From Selaginella moellendorffii (Eukaryota > Plantae > Lycopodiophyta), in contig NW_003314343.1 of NCBI RefSeq assembly GCF_000143415.4, positions 682,813 to 746,812 of the forward strand: a stretch of DNA of 64,000 bases. The letters are read 5' to 3'. The position numbers and the translations under genes are program-made. The notes under the pieces were generated by a model that did no database searches, had not been told where the DNA came from, and saw only the letters and a program-made list of their open reading frames with translations. Below are positions 26,638-41,500 of the stretch, in pieces. Positions within the stretch are counted from its first letter, which is position 1. Every line of letters begins with the position of its first letter.

Positions 26638-27614
26638 ATGAGGCGATTATCCGGGTCTTTCACGAAACGCTCCGGCAAAAGGAATCCGATTTATCTAAAC
26701 ATTTACGACCTCACTCCGATGAATGGCTACCTCTATTGGTTTGGCTTGGGAATTTTCCATTCCGGTATTGAAGGTAAGTTTTTGCTTTCTTTTTCACTCC
26801 CAGACACTGCCTATAGGAACTTACATTCTCTCTCTTTTCGCTTTTCCAGCTCATGGTGTGGAATATGGCTTTGGAGCTCACGACTATCCATCTAGCGGTG
26901 TTTTCGAAGTAGAGCCGAGGACTTGCCCGGGTTTTACTTTTCGAAAGTCAGTGTGCTTGGGAAACACTCGTCTTGGTGCCGGAGAGTTCCGGGAGTTTAT
27001 AGAACGTCTCGCGAATGACTACAATGGCGACTCGTACCACCTGATCGTGAAGAACTGCAATCACTTCACGAACGACGCGTGCATGCGATTGACGGGGCTC
27101 TCAATCCCAGGCTGGGTAAACAGGCTCGCAAGACTGGGTGAGTGGTGTTCTTTCGTAGGAAAGGAAAACTCACACTCGTGTTTTGTTACTTCGCAGCCCA
27201 GCTTTGTAATTGTTTGCTCCCGGATAGCCTCCAGGACACGACTGTGAAGAAAACTCCCGAGTACCATTCGTGTGAAGGTACGTTTGTGTTTGTTACGTTT
27301 GCTTCTCCTTTCGTGCTCTTCGGATCATCGGTTTTCTGGTATTTCTTGTTTTTATCTTTTGCCTTGGTCATCAAGTGTTTGTCTCCATCCAGACTTGACT
27401 TTGGTCGTTGAATTCCTCTATTTTATTCTCTTCTTAACGAGTGCTTTTGTTTTGCTCGCTAGATTTGTGCCTCGAGACACCGCAACATCCCAGCGGCGGC
27501 AAAGCCGAGATCGAGAACGAGCAAGACCAGTTGCTCGTCGCTACCGCGAGCAACGCATCGGAAACACTGATGCAAGAGCGGCTAAAGCAGGTCCGAATCG
27601 TGGAGACGCTCTAG
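26638..27614 (+). CDS. PPPDE/DeSI family cysteine peptidase, 4 coding exons
   Basis: IYLNIYDLTPMNGYLYWFGLGIFHSGIE, GVEYGFGAHDYPSSGVFEVEP and YHLIVKNCNHF (catalytic His/Cys). Exons ~26638-26773, 26850-27138, 27198-27277, 27463-27614. Confidence 0.93.
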
Positions 27615-28582
27615 TGAAGCTAGCCAAATCTCTTCCACAAATTTCCTTCTGGATCCAAGTAAGTTCCTGGATCAACAACAAAGTTTTTCTAAAGGTTTTC
27701 GCAATCCAAGTGATATTCCCGAGTGGATTTGACAAGAACAAGTGGTATACACGTAAGGCTTTGGTGGAATGTTGCTGTATCGCCCACGATCCTCACATGC
27801 GACAGGATTGATTTTCTTAAAAGTATGGCAACTGTGAAGATTGAAACTGTTTTTGAAAAACCATTCTACGAGCATGGGGCCACACCAGGCATGAATTTTG
27901 GGCTTTTTCTACGATTCAGTGCTCGGCATGATCCATGATCGTGGAGTACGGCCGTGAGCCGTCGATTCGATGCGTCCGGTGGCGTAGCAAAATTGCAGCC
28001 GCTCGATTGTGTTCTAGTCAGTGGAGTTCCTCGTGCCTTCTTTTGTAAAATATATTCTTCGTCTCCTTTGCGAGGATGGGATGTAAATTCCATTCTGTGC
28101 AAACGCAAGAGAGCGAATCATCGCAGCTTTGGCGGAAGGCTTGGTCAGCGATTGCGGCGACGATCGAGGTCAAAGGGCGGGAGTTCTTGTCTTGGGCGAT
28201 TCAATGGCCGCGATTGCTCGTTCTTGGTAGCTCTCTCTGCCAGCACTGGCACTGGCATTTCTTCGTCCATCTTTTCACTGTGGCTTTTGGCGGTGTTCGC
28301 TACGAAACATGTGAGTAGAGTTTGTTTTCTCTGTTGGTGAAAAACTATTTTGTATTTTTTATTTCTTGCGGCTGATTCATAGCATGGATTCTTATCGATG
28401 GAATGAAATGTAGATGGGACCTCGCACGGATCTCCACAAAAACTTTAGAGCAGGAGTGATGTGAAAGCATCTTCTTCGATCACTGCTCACTTTTCTCCAG
28501 GCGATAAACAATTGTGTGGTGAGTTGTTTCTTTGGTTCTTGCTTGTGAAGTTTTGTGATCGTTCTTTCTTTCCAGTCACACG

Positions 28583-31500
28583 ATGCGGGACGAAGATCCC
28601 GATCAAGCCACCAAGGTGGTGATCGAGATGGTCAACGACGATGGAGTTTCAGTGTCTAGCGATCGTCCTCTCCATCGCACCGAGTCCATTGCTTCGGGTG
28701 GAGGCGAGAAGAGATCCGCTGTGGTCACGGCCATCAAAGTTAAGACTGCTTTCACTCGTCTCGCCAGCACTGTCAGGAATCACAACTCTCCAAAGGCCAC
28801 CAAGTTTGATCGAGCGAAGCAAGCAAAGTTTTCCAGGACAAAGTCCAATGCCCTCCAGGGACTTCGTTTCCTTACCGGGAAGAACAAGAAGAAAGTGTCG
28901 TGGCTCGACATCGAAAGGAGATTCACGGTGCTGGCAGTGGATGGAAGCCTTTCTCGTGAAAAATTCGGTGAATGCATAGGTGAAGTTCCAATGTTTTCTA
29001 CCTTCCTTTTTCTTTTCTTCTTCAATCTTCTGACTATCAAGCTTTTGTGTTCTTTGCTTTCAGGAATGGAGACCTCGGAATTTGCTCAAGCGCTCTTCGA
29101 TGCGCTCGTCTCCAGCAAGAAACTCGAGAACCAGCAAAGCATTTCCAAGGAAGTTCTTCACGCCTTCTGGCTGCAAATGAGCGACGATAGCTTCGACTCT
29201 CGTATGCAAATTTTCTTCCAGATGTAAGTTCTCGATTGTGATCAAGATGCAGTGATTTCGAATCGTTTCTTCGTTCCTCAGGTTCGACAGAAACGCAGAC
29301 GGACATATATCAGAAGAAGAAGTCAAAGAGGTGATTGATTGAGAGTGAGTGACAACCATCTTGCTCTTCTCTTAACTCTTTTTTTTTTTCCTTGGTGCGG
29401 CACAATCGTGTAGATTATCATGCTTAGTGCGGCAACCAACAAGCTTGCCAAGCTCAAGGCACAAGCCGACGAGTTTGCCGCGTTAATTATGGAAGAGTTG
29501 GATCCTGACAAGAATGGCTTCATTGAGGTAAATATTTCCACGATGCCATGATCGAGCTTCATAGTTTTCCTTGTCCACTTTTCTTTTTCCTGGCAGCTTT
29601 CGCAGCTCGAAGCTTTGATGAGAGTTCCGGAGCCAGCGCATGCCAAAGACTCTTTCCTCAACTACAGCACAACCATCTCTCGGAATCTCGTCGGCGTCAA
29701 GCGGAAAAAGCACACTCCACTTCTCTCCTTTTGGAAAGATTCGAAGTTCTACCTCTCCGAGAACTGGAGGTACCTCATGTTCTTCGGACTTTGGATTGCG
29801 ACCATGGCGGGATTGTTCGCGTGGAAGTTTTTCGTGTACAAGCAGCGAGCAGCTTTTGAAGTCATGGGATATTGTCTGTGCGTCGCAAAAGGTGCTGCCG
29901 AGACTCTCAAGCTCAACATGGCACTCGTGCTTTTCCCGGTCTGTAGAAACACCATCACCTGGTTTCGTTCGACCTTCGTCGGCAACATCGTTCCGTTCAA
30001 CGACAACCTCAAGTTTCATATGGTACTTACAACCTTTGATCTTTTGTTTTCGTCTTCTTCTTCTGAAAGTTCTTTTTCGTCCAGATGATTGCGTCTGGTG
30101 TTGCAATTGGAACTGTGATTCACGCTGGAGTCCACTTGGCCTGCGACTTCCCGAGAATTACTAGCTCGTCTGACGAGCTCTTCATGCGCACCCTCGGCAA
30201 AAGTTTTCATTACAAGAGACAAACGTACGTTGATCTGCTCAAGTCAGTGGCTGGGGTTACTGGGATCGCGAGCGTGCTGCTCATGGCTTTTATATTCCTG
30301 CTAGCGACGCCATGGTTCAGGCGAGGCCAGGTAAAGCCACTGTGGCCTTTGCACAGGCTAAGCGGATTCAACGCCTTTTGGTACTCGCACCATTTGTTTA
30401 TCTTTGTCTACGTCCTGCTCATTGTCCACTCGCTTTTCATTTATTTGGCACATGGATGGTGGCAGAAAACGGTTCGTAAGTGGCTCCTTTGTTCTTTGAG
30501 ACTTGTTTTTCCACTGACGAGTTTTCTCTTTTCTCTCGTTTTGGTTTCTTGCACAGACTTGGATGTATCTCGCGATTCCAGTGGCTTTATATGCTTCTGA
30601 GCGATTGGTACGAGCCATCCGTGCGGGACTGTATACAGTTCGTGTAGTCAAGGTCTGGCACGAAGCTTTTCTTTAGGATTTCGTTCATGGTTTTGATTGA
30701 GCAGTTTAACTACAGGCTGCTGTTTATCCTGGAAATGTCTTGGCTTTGTACATACAAAAGCCTCGCGGTTTTAAGTACAAGAGTGGCATGTATCTCTTCC
30801 TCAAGTGCCCGGCCATCTCGCACCTTCAATGGTAAGTACTAGTAGTTCCTTGGCTTTTTTTTTTCTTTTCTTTAGTCAGCAAGCTTTGATCTTTTCATCA
30901 CAGGCATCCTTTTTCGATCACTTCTGCTCCAAGTGATGACTACTTGAGCATCCATATAAGAAGTGCCGGGGACTGGACCTCCAAAATGAAGAAAATCTTC
31001 TCAGAGGTACGTATGCTGCGATACATTTGAACTCCAACTCTGAAAGCCGTGTACAGGTTTGCCACAAACCCGAAGTTGGCAAAAGTGGCTTGCTCAGAGC
31101 TGAGTATGTGGATCATGATCTGGAGTTCCAGTCACAACCAAGGTAGGAAAAATAGATTTAGAATTGTACAGAAAAGCTGTGTCTTTTTTTTTTCGTCTAT
31201 TGCAGGTTTCCAAAGCTACGAATTGATGGTCCCTATGGTGCTCCAGCACAAGATTACATGAAGTATGATGTGCTGCTGCTCGTTGGTCTTGGCATTGGAG
31301 CAACACCTTTCGTAAGTATTCTGAGAGACATCTTGAATCACGTCAACAGGGATGTGGAAGTAAGTTCTTCCAAGTTACTCAAGCTACAAACTCATTCTCA
31401 TTTCGTTGGGATCGCAGAACAATGGGAAGAAGAGCGGTCCTACAAAAGTTTACTTCTACTGGGTGACTAGAGAGCAGGGATCTTTCGAATGGTTTAAAGG

Positions 31501-32062
31501 TGTCATGAACGAGATTGCAGAGATGGATCACAAGGTCGGATTTTTCTCGCATTCTTTTGCTTAATAGTTTGCATGAACTTTGACGAGCAGAGAGTTATCG
31601 AGATGCACAACTATCTCACGAGTGTGTACGAGGAGGGCGACGCTCGATCGGCACTGATCACCATGATCCAGGCTTTGAACCTGGCCAAAAACGGAGTGGA
31701 CATCTTGTCTGGAACTCGGGTACGTACGAAGATTTCTTCTAGTTCCTGTAGTTTCTAAAAACTTTCGCTCCTCTCCAGGTAAGAACACATTTTGCGAGAC
31801 CAAACTGGAAGACGGTGTTTTCACGGCTCTCAGCAGTTCACAGGCATGCTAACATCGGTGAGTGATTAATTCTCAAGACAAAGCTTTGGTCTAGCATCTA
31901 GAAAAGAGAAAAGGAGCCATCACTCCCGTTTTCCACGTTTTGTTCCTTGCAGGCGTATTTTACTGTGGTGCCCCAGCAGTGGCGAAAGAATTGGACACAC
32001 TGTCGCGAGAGTACACGCACCAGAACTCAACCACCTTCGATTTTCACAAGGAAAACTTCTAA
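28583..32062 (+). CDS. RBOH: Respiratory burst oxidase homolog (NADPH oxidase), multi-exon
   Basis: EF hands ([21 protein letters not shown]), [49 protein letters not shown] and C-terminal FHKENF*. Confidence 0.97.
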
Positions 32063-32503
32063 GAAAAAATTTCTCCTTGCGAGCAAATATCTTGCGCTCG
32101 AGCTCTGCTCTCAATGTACAAAGGAGAGAGAAAGGGGAAAATTAGGCGCTTATAGTTAGAGCTTAATGTTTCCGTACAGAATATCGGAAAATGCGATGCT
32201 CTTGTGCTGGGCCATATTTGGCCATGCTCGTACGCATTTGCCAATGTGTTGCGCGAGACCTAGTTCTGGCGAGCTCGGCCAACAATCAGGGTTTTTTCGA
32301 GAGGAGCAGTGCGAGAGGGTTTTAGGATCGATCGGCAGCGTCGCGGCAATCCAGGTGAGCTGCCAGGTTTTCTCTTGGCGTAGATTAGGTCTTGGAGGAT
32401 CCGGGGGCGCCGCGGCAGCTCGGCGGCGAAATTGCCAGAGTGTGGGGGATTCGCGATGGATTCCAGGCGCGATTCGCAGCAGTGAGAGGGGCGGCAGCTG
32501 TGT

Positions 32504-35500
32504 ATGGATCAGAGCTGGGAGCGGCAGAGCTTCCTGAGGCAGGAAGACAACGTAGAGCTGTGGGATAGGGAGAGCAACACCAGTGATGAGGAGTCGTCCA
32601 TTGGCGAGTACGAAGGCACAGATTTGACGATGATGCCCGTGAACGAGGTGGACTTGGAGGAGCTGTGCTGCGAGTTTCCCAGGGACGAGTTGGGGACCGT
32701 GCTCGATGGGCTCAACAAGTTCCCATGGACTGTCTATCCCATCCATCTCAGGAATTGCCTCTCGGCGGCTGCAAAGATCGTGAGTGGTGGCCGGGAAGAA
32801 TTCGGTGGGGACTTTCGCAAGCTCCAGACTCTGTACCGGGAGGCTGTGCCGAGCGCGTTTGAGAAGTGCCTGGACGACAAGGCGATATGGAAGTGGACCA
32901 ACGAGATCCACAACAACATCTTCGATGCCGTGTGTAAGCTCATGGACTTGGTATCCGTCAAGGCTCCGCAGCTGCTGCTCGACGACGTTGGTGTGGACGA
33001 TGACATGCTGCCGCTGCTCAGGACGCTCGCCATTGCCTTTGACAAGCAATGCCAATTCCATCTCAAGCACAAAGAACAGGGTCTGCCACCCTCGGCCTCG
33101 TCGGTTTCTCCTCCCTGCAACTTTGCGAGGCCGATGCCCGGGACGCCGTCGAGGAAGGCCAGCAGCAACAACGACTGGCATTGTGCGAACCGCAAAGGCG
33201 CCGCTGTCAGGGACGAGAGCTGCGACTGCAACAGGTGTCGTCCTCCGGATGTCTACTGCTGGCTGGCCTATCTCTTGAACTACTTTGGCCACACGGCTTA
33301 CGGGAATGGCTACCAGCATCTCCTGCGGGTGCTCAACTATCCGCAGAAGCTTTTGCCGGCGGTGATGGAAGCTCTGCTGCTTCCCATTGCGAGGTCGACG
33401 GAGTTTATCACGGACGAAGTCGCCAGCCACCTTGGCGACCCTTGCAGCAGGATTTTGAGGTACGTAGAGGACCTGCTGGAGAGAGACGTGGATGCTCTGA
33501 GCGACAAGACAAAAGACGGGTCTTTTGGAGCGCTGTCGCTGATACTGAAGCACTTGCAAGTCATACTCGGTCGGAGCTCGTCGGCAGAAAAGGCTGAGAG
33601 CATGACGAGCATTGTGCAACGGAAGATGGTGGAGCGCATGCTGGGATTCAACTCATTCAATAAGCAGCTGAGCGCGGTTCGGGAGATCAACAAGCTCCTA
33701 GAGAACGCTCGAGCGATAGCTCCAAGGTTCGTGTTGTTTTCTAGTTCTTACGTTAAAGCTTGATGTTTCGATTGATACGTTGCAGGGATAAGTCGCGGTC
33801 CGTTAATGCAACAATTCAGTGGCTCGAGCGAAACAATATCTTGCGGCATGTCCTTAGGTCCCATCTCCACCACAAACAATACGTAGACCAGGTGAGTTTG
33901 ACACTTTTTGTGGCTGCGTTTGAGTTTACCTTTATTTAACAATGAAACAGGTAGAAAAGATTATGAGGTTTTTGCTGCAAGAGCGTCGCCTTTCAGAGGA
34001 GCATATTGATGCTATCTGGGCAGCCACTGAAAAGCCGGACCAATTTGAAACGGTAGGTTTGATGTTGTTTGTACCCTCTGGAAGATTACGCTTTTCATTA
34101 TTGGCAGGTCAAAGCAAATATCTTTGATCTTCTCGCCGATCTTGCTTGGTCATTTTCAGCCGAGCAGCTGGATAGTCTATTTGGTCGCTTCGAGCGCAGC
34201 CAGGTACTTCATATCTCTGTTTTCTTGTGTCACTTTTATGTGTAACAGGGGCGCTCGCCGTCAGATATCGTGAAGATCCTCTCTTTAGTTAAAAAACTCG
34301 CCCGGAGTGACACAAAGGGAGTTATGGCTCAAAGGTGCGTGTTAGTAAGTTTGGTTTCTTATGTTTATGTTTTATTTAGGCTGCTGGAGCTACTCTGGAA
34401 TATGATGCACTCTGGAGAAGCACCTGCGGAAGTTCTTGACTCAGGAGCTCTCACCGAAATTCTCGGCCACTATGACTCGGTGAACTGTGCTAGTAAAGAT
34501 GTGGGTCAGAGAGGCTTTTCCTTTTGGCAGTAAGATTTAGTGGCACTTGCTGTTAGTTAGTCTCCTGTGTTCCTGTCTGATTCTGGGTTTTCACCGCCGA
34601 TTTTAACATGTATTTTCGCTTTGCAGGAATACATTTCGAAATGCCTGAAAAATGTAGAGCATGGAATCTCGGTGATTCCGTCTTTACGTCTACTTCGTGA
34701 AATCATACTTTTAGATAACGAGAAGCCATTTTACCAGGTAAGCGTTTTCTGTGGTTTTTTTATTCTCTCGTAACGATATCCACAGGATGAGGTTTCTCGT
34801 CAAATGCGCCTTCAAAAGCTCATAAAAGACGATTGTTTTTTACTCATGGTAAATATTGAAGGTTTTTATGATTTAGTTTCTCAAACTTGCTATTCAGGTT
34901 GTGAAGAGTTTGGAACAGTACATGGCCCACGCTCGATTGATGTGCTCTGAGAAGTTAGTGGTGGCAAAGCCGTCAGAGAAGACTGCAGCACCCTATTCCA
35001 TTGCAGATTGTCGGTACACCCATGATCAACACGTGAAGGAGCGCTTGGAATTCATATTGTTCTCAATACAGGTATATTTTGCACTGCTTCTTTGCGGTTT
35101 AATGGTTGGTACAGGCAGGCGATGTTAGTTTGCCCTGGGATGCTATGGAGAGGCTGTGGAACTGCATGATTGAGTCGTCTGTGTTCGATGCTGACAAGGA
35201 GAGGGGGTTCCAATGGCTGTGCGATGCTCTTGAAAAAACCCCGTGCTTGTCCTTCGACGCAATGCTCAACATTCTCACAAAGAAACTTACCTGCATGGAC
35301 CCTTGTTCTCTTTCGGAAATTGCCTGGAGGTAAGCTGCATGCAAGATGGTTGACACTCTTGATGTATTTTACATAGGTGCTTTATGAGGCTGTTTCTGTG
35401 GGTGAATCTTTTCGAGAAGAAACTTGTGCGAATAAGAATCGATGAAGGGACTGAGACGCACGACTTGCAGCTGATTGGAATGTCCTACATGTGGCAAGCT

Positions 35501-38500
35501 GCTCTTTCATCACCTGTCAATAGCATTGCGGAACAGAGCATAAGCATGTTGCGGGACATCCATACTCACCTCTCAGACAGCCTGCGGCAAAATTTGGTTC
35601 AAATACGCCAGTGCTTTATCAACGAGTGCCTGCGTAACTTGACTGCTGCCCTTGAGAATGGACACAGGAATACGGAGGCAACAGATAGTAACAGCATCAG
35701 TATGGTTGATGGGAACGTAGATGTGCCGGACGTGGAAAATTTTACCGAGTCGATAGAAAGTGAGGCAGACAAGCCGTGCACTGTGAATTTCGAAAAGGAT
35801 CCGTACAAAGTCGAGCGCTGCCTACGGATACTAAGAGTAAGCCTTCCTTTCCGTTTTTATGTTCTTTCGATGCTAATTCTTAACCGTTTAAATTTTCAGG
35901 AGTTTATTATAAAATGTGAAGGATCCTGCCCTCGTAAAGTTCCTGCGCATGGTGCTTCATTTCAAGGACGACCGCTTACTTTGGGGGTATTTGTCCAAAA
36001 TGTGTGGTAAAGTTGTAGAAAACGCGATGTTTTTCTGTAGGTTAGCACGGCAAATAAGCAGTCGACACGTTTTGACATTCTCGTTCATGCAAACGAGTAC
36101 CTTGGTTCGTTTCGAGCAAAGGTAAGATTTATTTTAATATTTGTGGTTTATTTCACCGCTCTATAGGTGGCTGAGAGGCTTGAATGTCCCGTTTCTCGTG
36201 TGCGTTTGATGCACGCAAACAAAGAACTTAAACAAGATTCACAGGTATGCTTTGCCGCTATAGTTGTTTCTGTTGGCTAGAAGGATGCATGGCAGGTGTT
36301 GCGGCAGCTGGGCTTAACCGATGGTCAGCCCCTGACTGCGTCGGTATGTTAGCTTGCTTGTGATTCCTTTTACTGATATTCTTGCAGGTTAATATCGTGG
36401 ACCTTGTTGAAGAGGAGATGGATGAGCTGCAGCTACCGGGACTTCTGATATCAAAGAGCCCTCAGGTACACGTCACACCCACCCTATTGTCTCTTGTGCA
36501 TTCTGATTATCAATTTTGCAGGTCTACGATATCCTTTTCAGACTTGCCGAGGCGGGTCACGGTGGTGTTCGGGAGGTTAGTCAGCATCGTACATTTCATG
36601 TTTTTAACGGAAATTTAAATGTCAGGAAGCAAACTATCTCCTTTCATTGCTGCCAACACATCCTGGAATCCTCAGTGAATTTCAGGTAAACGTTTCTTGT
36701 TTTTGCGTTGTCCGAACAAATTATTCATGACACGCGGGACAGAATTTACACAAGAAGCCAGTGGCCAAAGCAAAAGAATTTCTTACTTTGCAATTTGGAG
36801 CCCACTGTCGACTCCTGTATACACTTCAGGTATACATACGAGATTTTACGGGATTTTGATTTGTTTTCTTTTTTCACAGATAGTGGACGGCTTGCTTATG
36901 CCCGTCAATCGAAATGTCGAAAATCAGCGGTTTAGAAATGACTTTATTCGATTTGGAGGCTTTCGGTAAGTTGTGTCTATCAATTGTTTATCATGACATA
37001 ACAAACGAGTTCCAGGCATTTAATGACGGTTTTCGAACCTGGTGCGATGATGGGAGTTGATAGTCAGACACGGCGTGGCTGTTACACTAGCGCCCTACGT
37101 ATTTTAAAGCTTTTGGTGAGTAAGAAATTGTGTTCACAAATCCTTATTAGTTCCGAAATGTTCAGTTGTCAGAAACACAAACTACTTCTCTTTCCGACAA
37201 CACTCGAATCATCGGGTATGTATTTTCACTACCAGGCAGGGAGCGATTTCTGATGTTTTTAAATATGCAGAGGAGATACAGTCGAAGAATCTGAAAGTGG
37301 GAGCACCATCTCTGTTAACGACGACGTCAACGTTGAAAAAGTAACCAGAGTAGTTTTCCAACAATGACGTATATGTAAACCTTTTCTTTGAGCAGCTGGA
37401 AGTGATCGACATGTCAGTAGTCGCAGGTGCTCTAAAGCGACTTACTTGGGGGACTGCACTAGGCCAAATATCTATGCTAGCCAGTTCTGCGCCTTTGGCG
37501 GAGATTTTGAAGGGTCGAAGGTCTGAAAAGGTGACCAATGTCTAATTTGATGTGCTGACCCTGCTATACTGACTCTAGACGTTATTCTTGCAGAAGTTTG
37601 AAAACAGTGGGGACTTCTTAAACCAGGACGATCGATACCTCTGCCTTGAAGCGCTGGAACTTCTTGTAAGTTTTTCTCTTTTTATTTCTTTCTCTCTCTA
37701 AATCATACTTCTTACCAGGTGACATGCCTGCTGTCACATAAATCATTACTTGGAACTTTCTTTTCATCTCCCGACGTTGGCAGGTTTATTGTGGTACGTA
37801 TTTTGTCTCTTTTTCTACTTGTATCAACTTATTTCTTCTTAGGATATGGTTTTACATTCACCTGACGAGTTTGTCAGATACCAGGCAGCGTCCAGCTTTC
37901 TGAGATTGAGGTAAAAGATGTTTTTGTGTTTAGAATGTTGTAACAGCTATGATTTCTTCAGCAAAGAATCGGGAAAACATCCTATCGTTCGTCGGCATCT
38001 TATGGCCGCCCTCATTGACACGAAGGCGGAAGCTAACACCGAGCCGAAGCGCTGTTTACCAGTAAGTCCAAGTGACGTTAACGTAGCGACTGAGCTGTTT
38101 TGTTTCAGTTTTTGGAGCTCTTGGGGCAGCTCTTTTATCGCATCAGTGGGCCTGAAGAGCATGCAATGGGGGAGCAGCAGCTTCTGGAAGAGCTTTCTTG
38201 GCTTAGATGTGCACCCGAGGCCACTGATGACGATGACAGGGTGGGTTATTTTATTGTGATCGCAACTCTCTCTCATCTGTTTTCTCTGCACAGCTTCTTG
38301 AAGGACACTTATTTTTAGTAAAAGTGTTGATAGAAGTTCTTGATCGACGTCTTATTGGCTCGAGCAAGTTGCCTCAGGGGACCGGCCTAGTGCAAGAGGT
38401 ACTAAATTTCTGCTTGTCGGACCAGGAGAACGCTGACAGTGATAATTTGCAGCTGGTTGAGAGTTTCTTATTTCTAGAATCGGCAATGCTATGGAAAATC

Positions 38501-41500
38501 GACGATGACAGCTGCGACAGGCTCGATGACAGAGTCCTGCAGTCGAGGTGCGGGACTCGTCGAAGTCGCGAAAAGGCTTTTCAGCTGCTGACTTGCCTGG
38601 CCACCCACTGCATTGACAACTTGAAGGAAATAGTGGATCTGCTGGTGAAACTTCATTTCTCATCCGATATTCACGAATGGGAGCACTTGCCTTCGTATGG
38701 TCGAAAAGCTCTCAGTGGCTACGTCGGGCTGAAGAACGCCGGAGCCACCTGCTATATGAACTCGGTCTTCCAGCAGTTATACATGCAACCGGATGTTCGG
38801 CGGACAGTTTTAGAATGTAAGGAGTGCGACGACATGGAGAAGGCAGACTCAGTTTTTTTCCAGCTGCAAACCATGTTTGGGGCTCTTCTTGGCAGTAGTT
38901 TGGACCATTATACTCCTCAGGGATTCTGGGATGCGTACCGGGACTACGATGGGATGCCGATCAATCTTCGGGAACACCAAGATGCTTTTGAGTTTTTCAA
39001 CCGCTTATACGATGCTGTTGATGATACATTAAAAGCGACACACCAAGAGACAACGCTGACGAAAATCTTCGGCGGCATTTTTGTCCAGCAGGTATGCTCA
39101 ATTGTGCCTGTATGTCCTGGGATCATAACATTTTGTTTGTATCTCTTTCTTTTTCCCCAGGTGATTAGTCGCGGGTGTAACCATTGCAGCGAAAGAGACG
39201 AACCGTTTGCAGCGATCAGCGTGGATGTGAAGAACAAAAGAGATTTGCTCGAATCTCTGGATTCTTTTGTGCGAGGGGACTTGCTCGAGGCTGACAACGC
39301 ATATTACTGTGATGAATGTGGCCGGAAGGTTGACGCACTCAAGCGGGTATGCGTGAAGTCGCTTCCGCAGACTCTTGTGATTCACCTGAAGCGTTTCGAC
39401 TTCGACTACGAGACCATGCAACGGTTGAAGCTCAAGGACAGATTCGAGTTTCCGATGCATCTCGACATGAAAGCTTTTACGGTGGAAGGATTGGCCCTCC
39501 GTGACAGCATGAGTCAAGAAAGCTCGAGCCCAGCCACTACAAGCAATGGTGGTACTGATGGAAGTATCTGCAACGAGAATGGGGGCCTGAACTCCAAACC
39601 GGACTCTTACTATCAGTATGACTTGGTGGGTGTAGTTGTACATTCGGGGACCGCATTTGCTGGACATTATTATTCGTATATTAAAGAGAGGCAAGGGGAT
39701 ATTGAAAGGTTGGTACTACGATTCTTGGATCCTCGCTTCTAACTTTCAGCTGTGCATTCCAGGTGGATTGCCTTTGACGATAAACGAGTGGAACCGTATG
39801 ACGTAAACGATCTCGAGAAGGATTGTTTCGGTGGAAAATACAGCGTGGACGTGTATGATAATTTTTTAAAAACCATGTCGCCACAGGTACACAATTTGGG
39901 TGTCGTTTCAGTTGCTAAGTTTTGTCTCCTGTCTAGGACTTCGATCGACCGAACAGTGCGTACATGTTGTTGTACGAAAGGTCCCGTAATTACGTATGTA
40001 TCTTGGCTTTATTCTTTTCGACAATAACGTCCTCTTTGCAGGCTCCCATGGACTCGCCAGCAACGACATCTCACACAAAAGGTAGTTAGTTGTGTTCATG
40101 AATTCACGAATTATTTTGCTGTGTAATGTATCAGGTGAAGGCGATCAAGTAATGAAGGATAACTCGATTATGGATCGACTATTTACTGGGTATTTACTAG
40201 TTTTCATTGTCGGTACATTTTGAAGTTCTTTTTTTTTTTTTTTTGTAGGCGCCTAAGAATGCCAAGCTCAATACATCGAAGCGTTCGAAAAGAAAATCTA
40301 AGGTTAGGCTGTGGGATCTATTCTTAACTTTGCGGACTCTAATGACGTATGGGCTTTCAGATTTGTACACGAGAATCATCTCTTGGATAAGGATTATTTT
40401 AAGTTTCTTTACAGTTTGGTGGAGGCTAACTCGGATATAATTGAGGGAAGGTGCGTTTTCCGGTCTTCCAATGTCTGTTATAAACTATCGTCTGCAGGAC
40501 TCCTCGGTATGTTGGTGGACCTGACGACAGCCGAGACAGGAAGGGTGAGACAAGTGGACGTAAAGCCGATTTAGCGGCCAAGGACTTGAATGCTAGCGAT
40601 TTTGCAGAGCATAGTATCAGGATAGCTTTAGAATTTTTGTTTAGAGTATATTTGAGAACGCACGGTAGCCTTCGTGAAGACTTTCATCAATGGAAGGTAG
40701 TGGTATGATTTCGTCAATACCGTTTCTTGCATTGTTTCTAATCATTTGCTCTGTAGGTAACGATCTGGAAGCTCCTGGATCACAATATAATCGCCTGTCG
40801 ATGTTTTCTCAACACGCTGGTCGAGAGACCGCAATGGGTGCAGGATTTCCTCCTTCGGTGTCCCGTTGAAGAAGTTCGACAGGTTTGACGCTTTTGTTTC
40901 ATCCTTTGTAAGTTTTCCTGATATCGTTCCATTTAACAGGCTTTTGCTGCTCTTCTCGTCCATGCTCTAAAAACGGCCGTAAATATTTATCAAGGGAACG
41001 TGTTTTATGTGGACAATTGTGGTAGACAGCAAGACGCTTTGCATGTCGACGCCATGGTTGACACGCTGGTAATACTGCTGAGAGAAGCCGCGTCACCGAA
41101 GTCATATCTCCAACAGGTTTACAGCTCAATTCTTTTATAGTTGAGACTGCAACTAAAGTCTGTTGCAGTATTTCCAAGTTCTTTTGGACTACGTAAAACT
41201 GGGTCCCTATCCACGCCTACATTTACTTCGGAAAGCTGTTGTGGGTCATTTGGTGCGTTTCTTCTGTCTTTTGAGATTCTCTGGCATTTGCTAGACACCA
41301 AATGCTTTACGCAGGTGACATTTGCAACTAAATTCCAAATAGCTAAGCAAGATGCAGTGTACCTCCACACGGCCGTCTCTTTGCTTGTGAGGAGCTGCGA
41401 TGCTAGTAAACTTTATGGTAAGCTGATTGCTCTAAAATTGTCCAGATTGTCTGACGCTAAATTCTGACAGATGAACCGGAAGTTGACAAGAAGTCGGACA

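Noticed and set aside
32156-33619. 487-aa antisense ORF over the USP first exon (also 11880-12881 over the F-box gene)
   Set aside because: Shadow ORF of GC-rich coding sequence with no motifs. The F-box antisense ORF is broken in the paralog.
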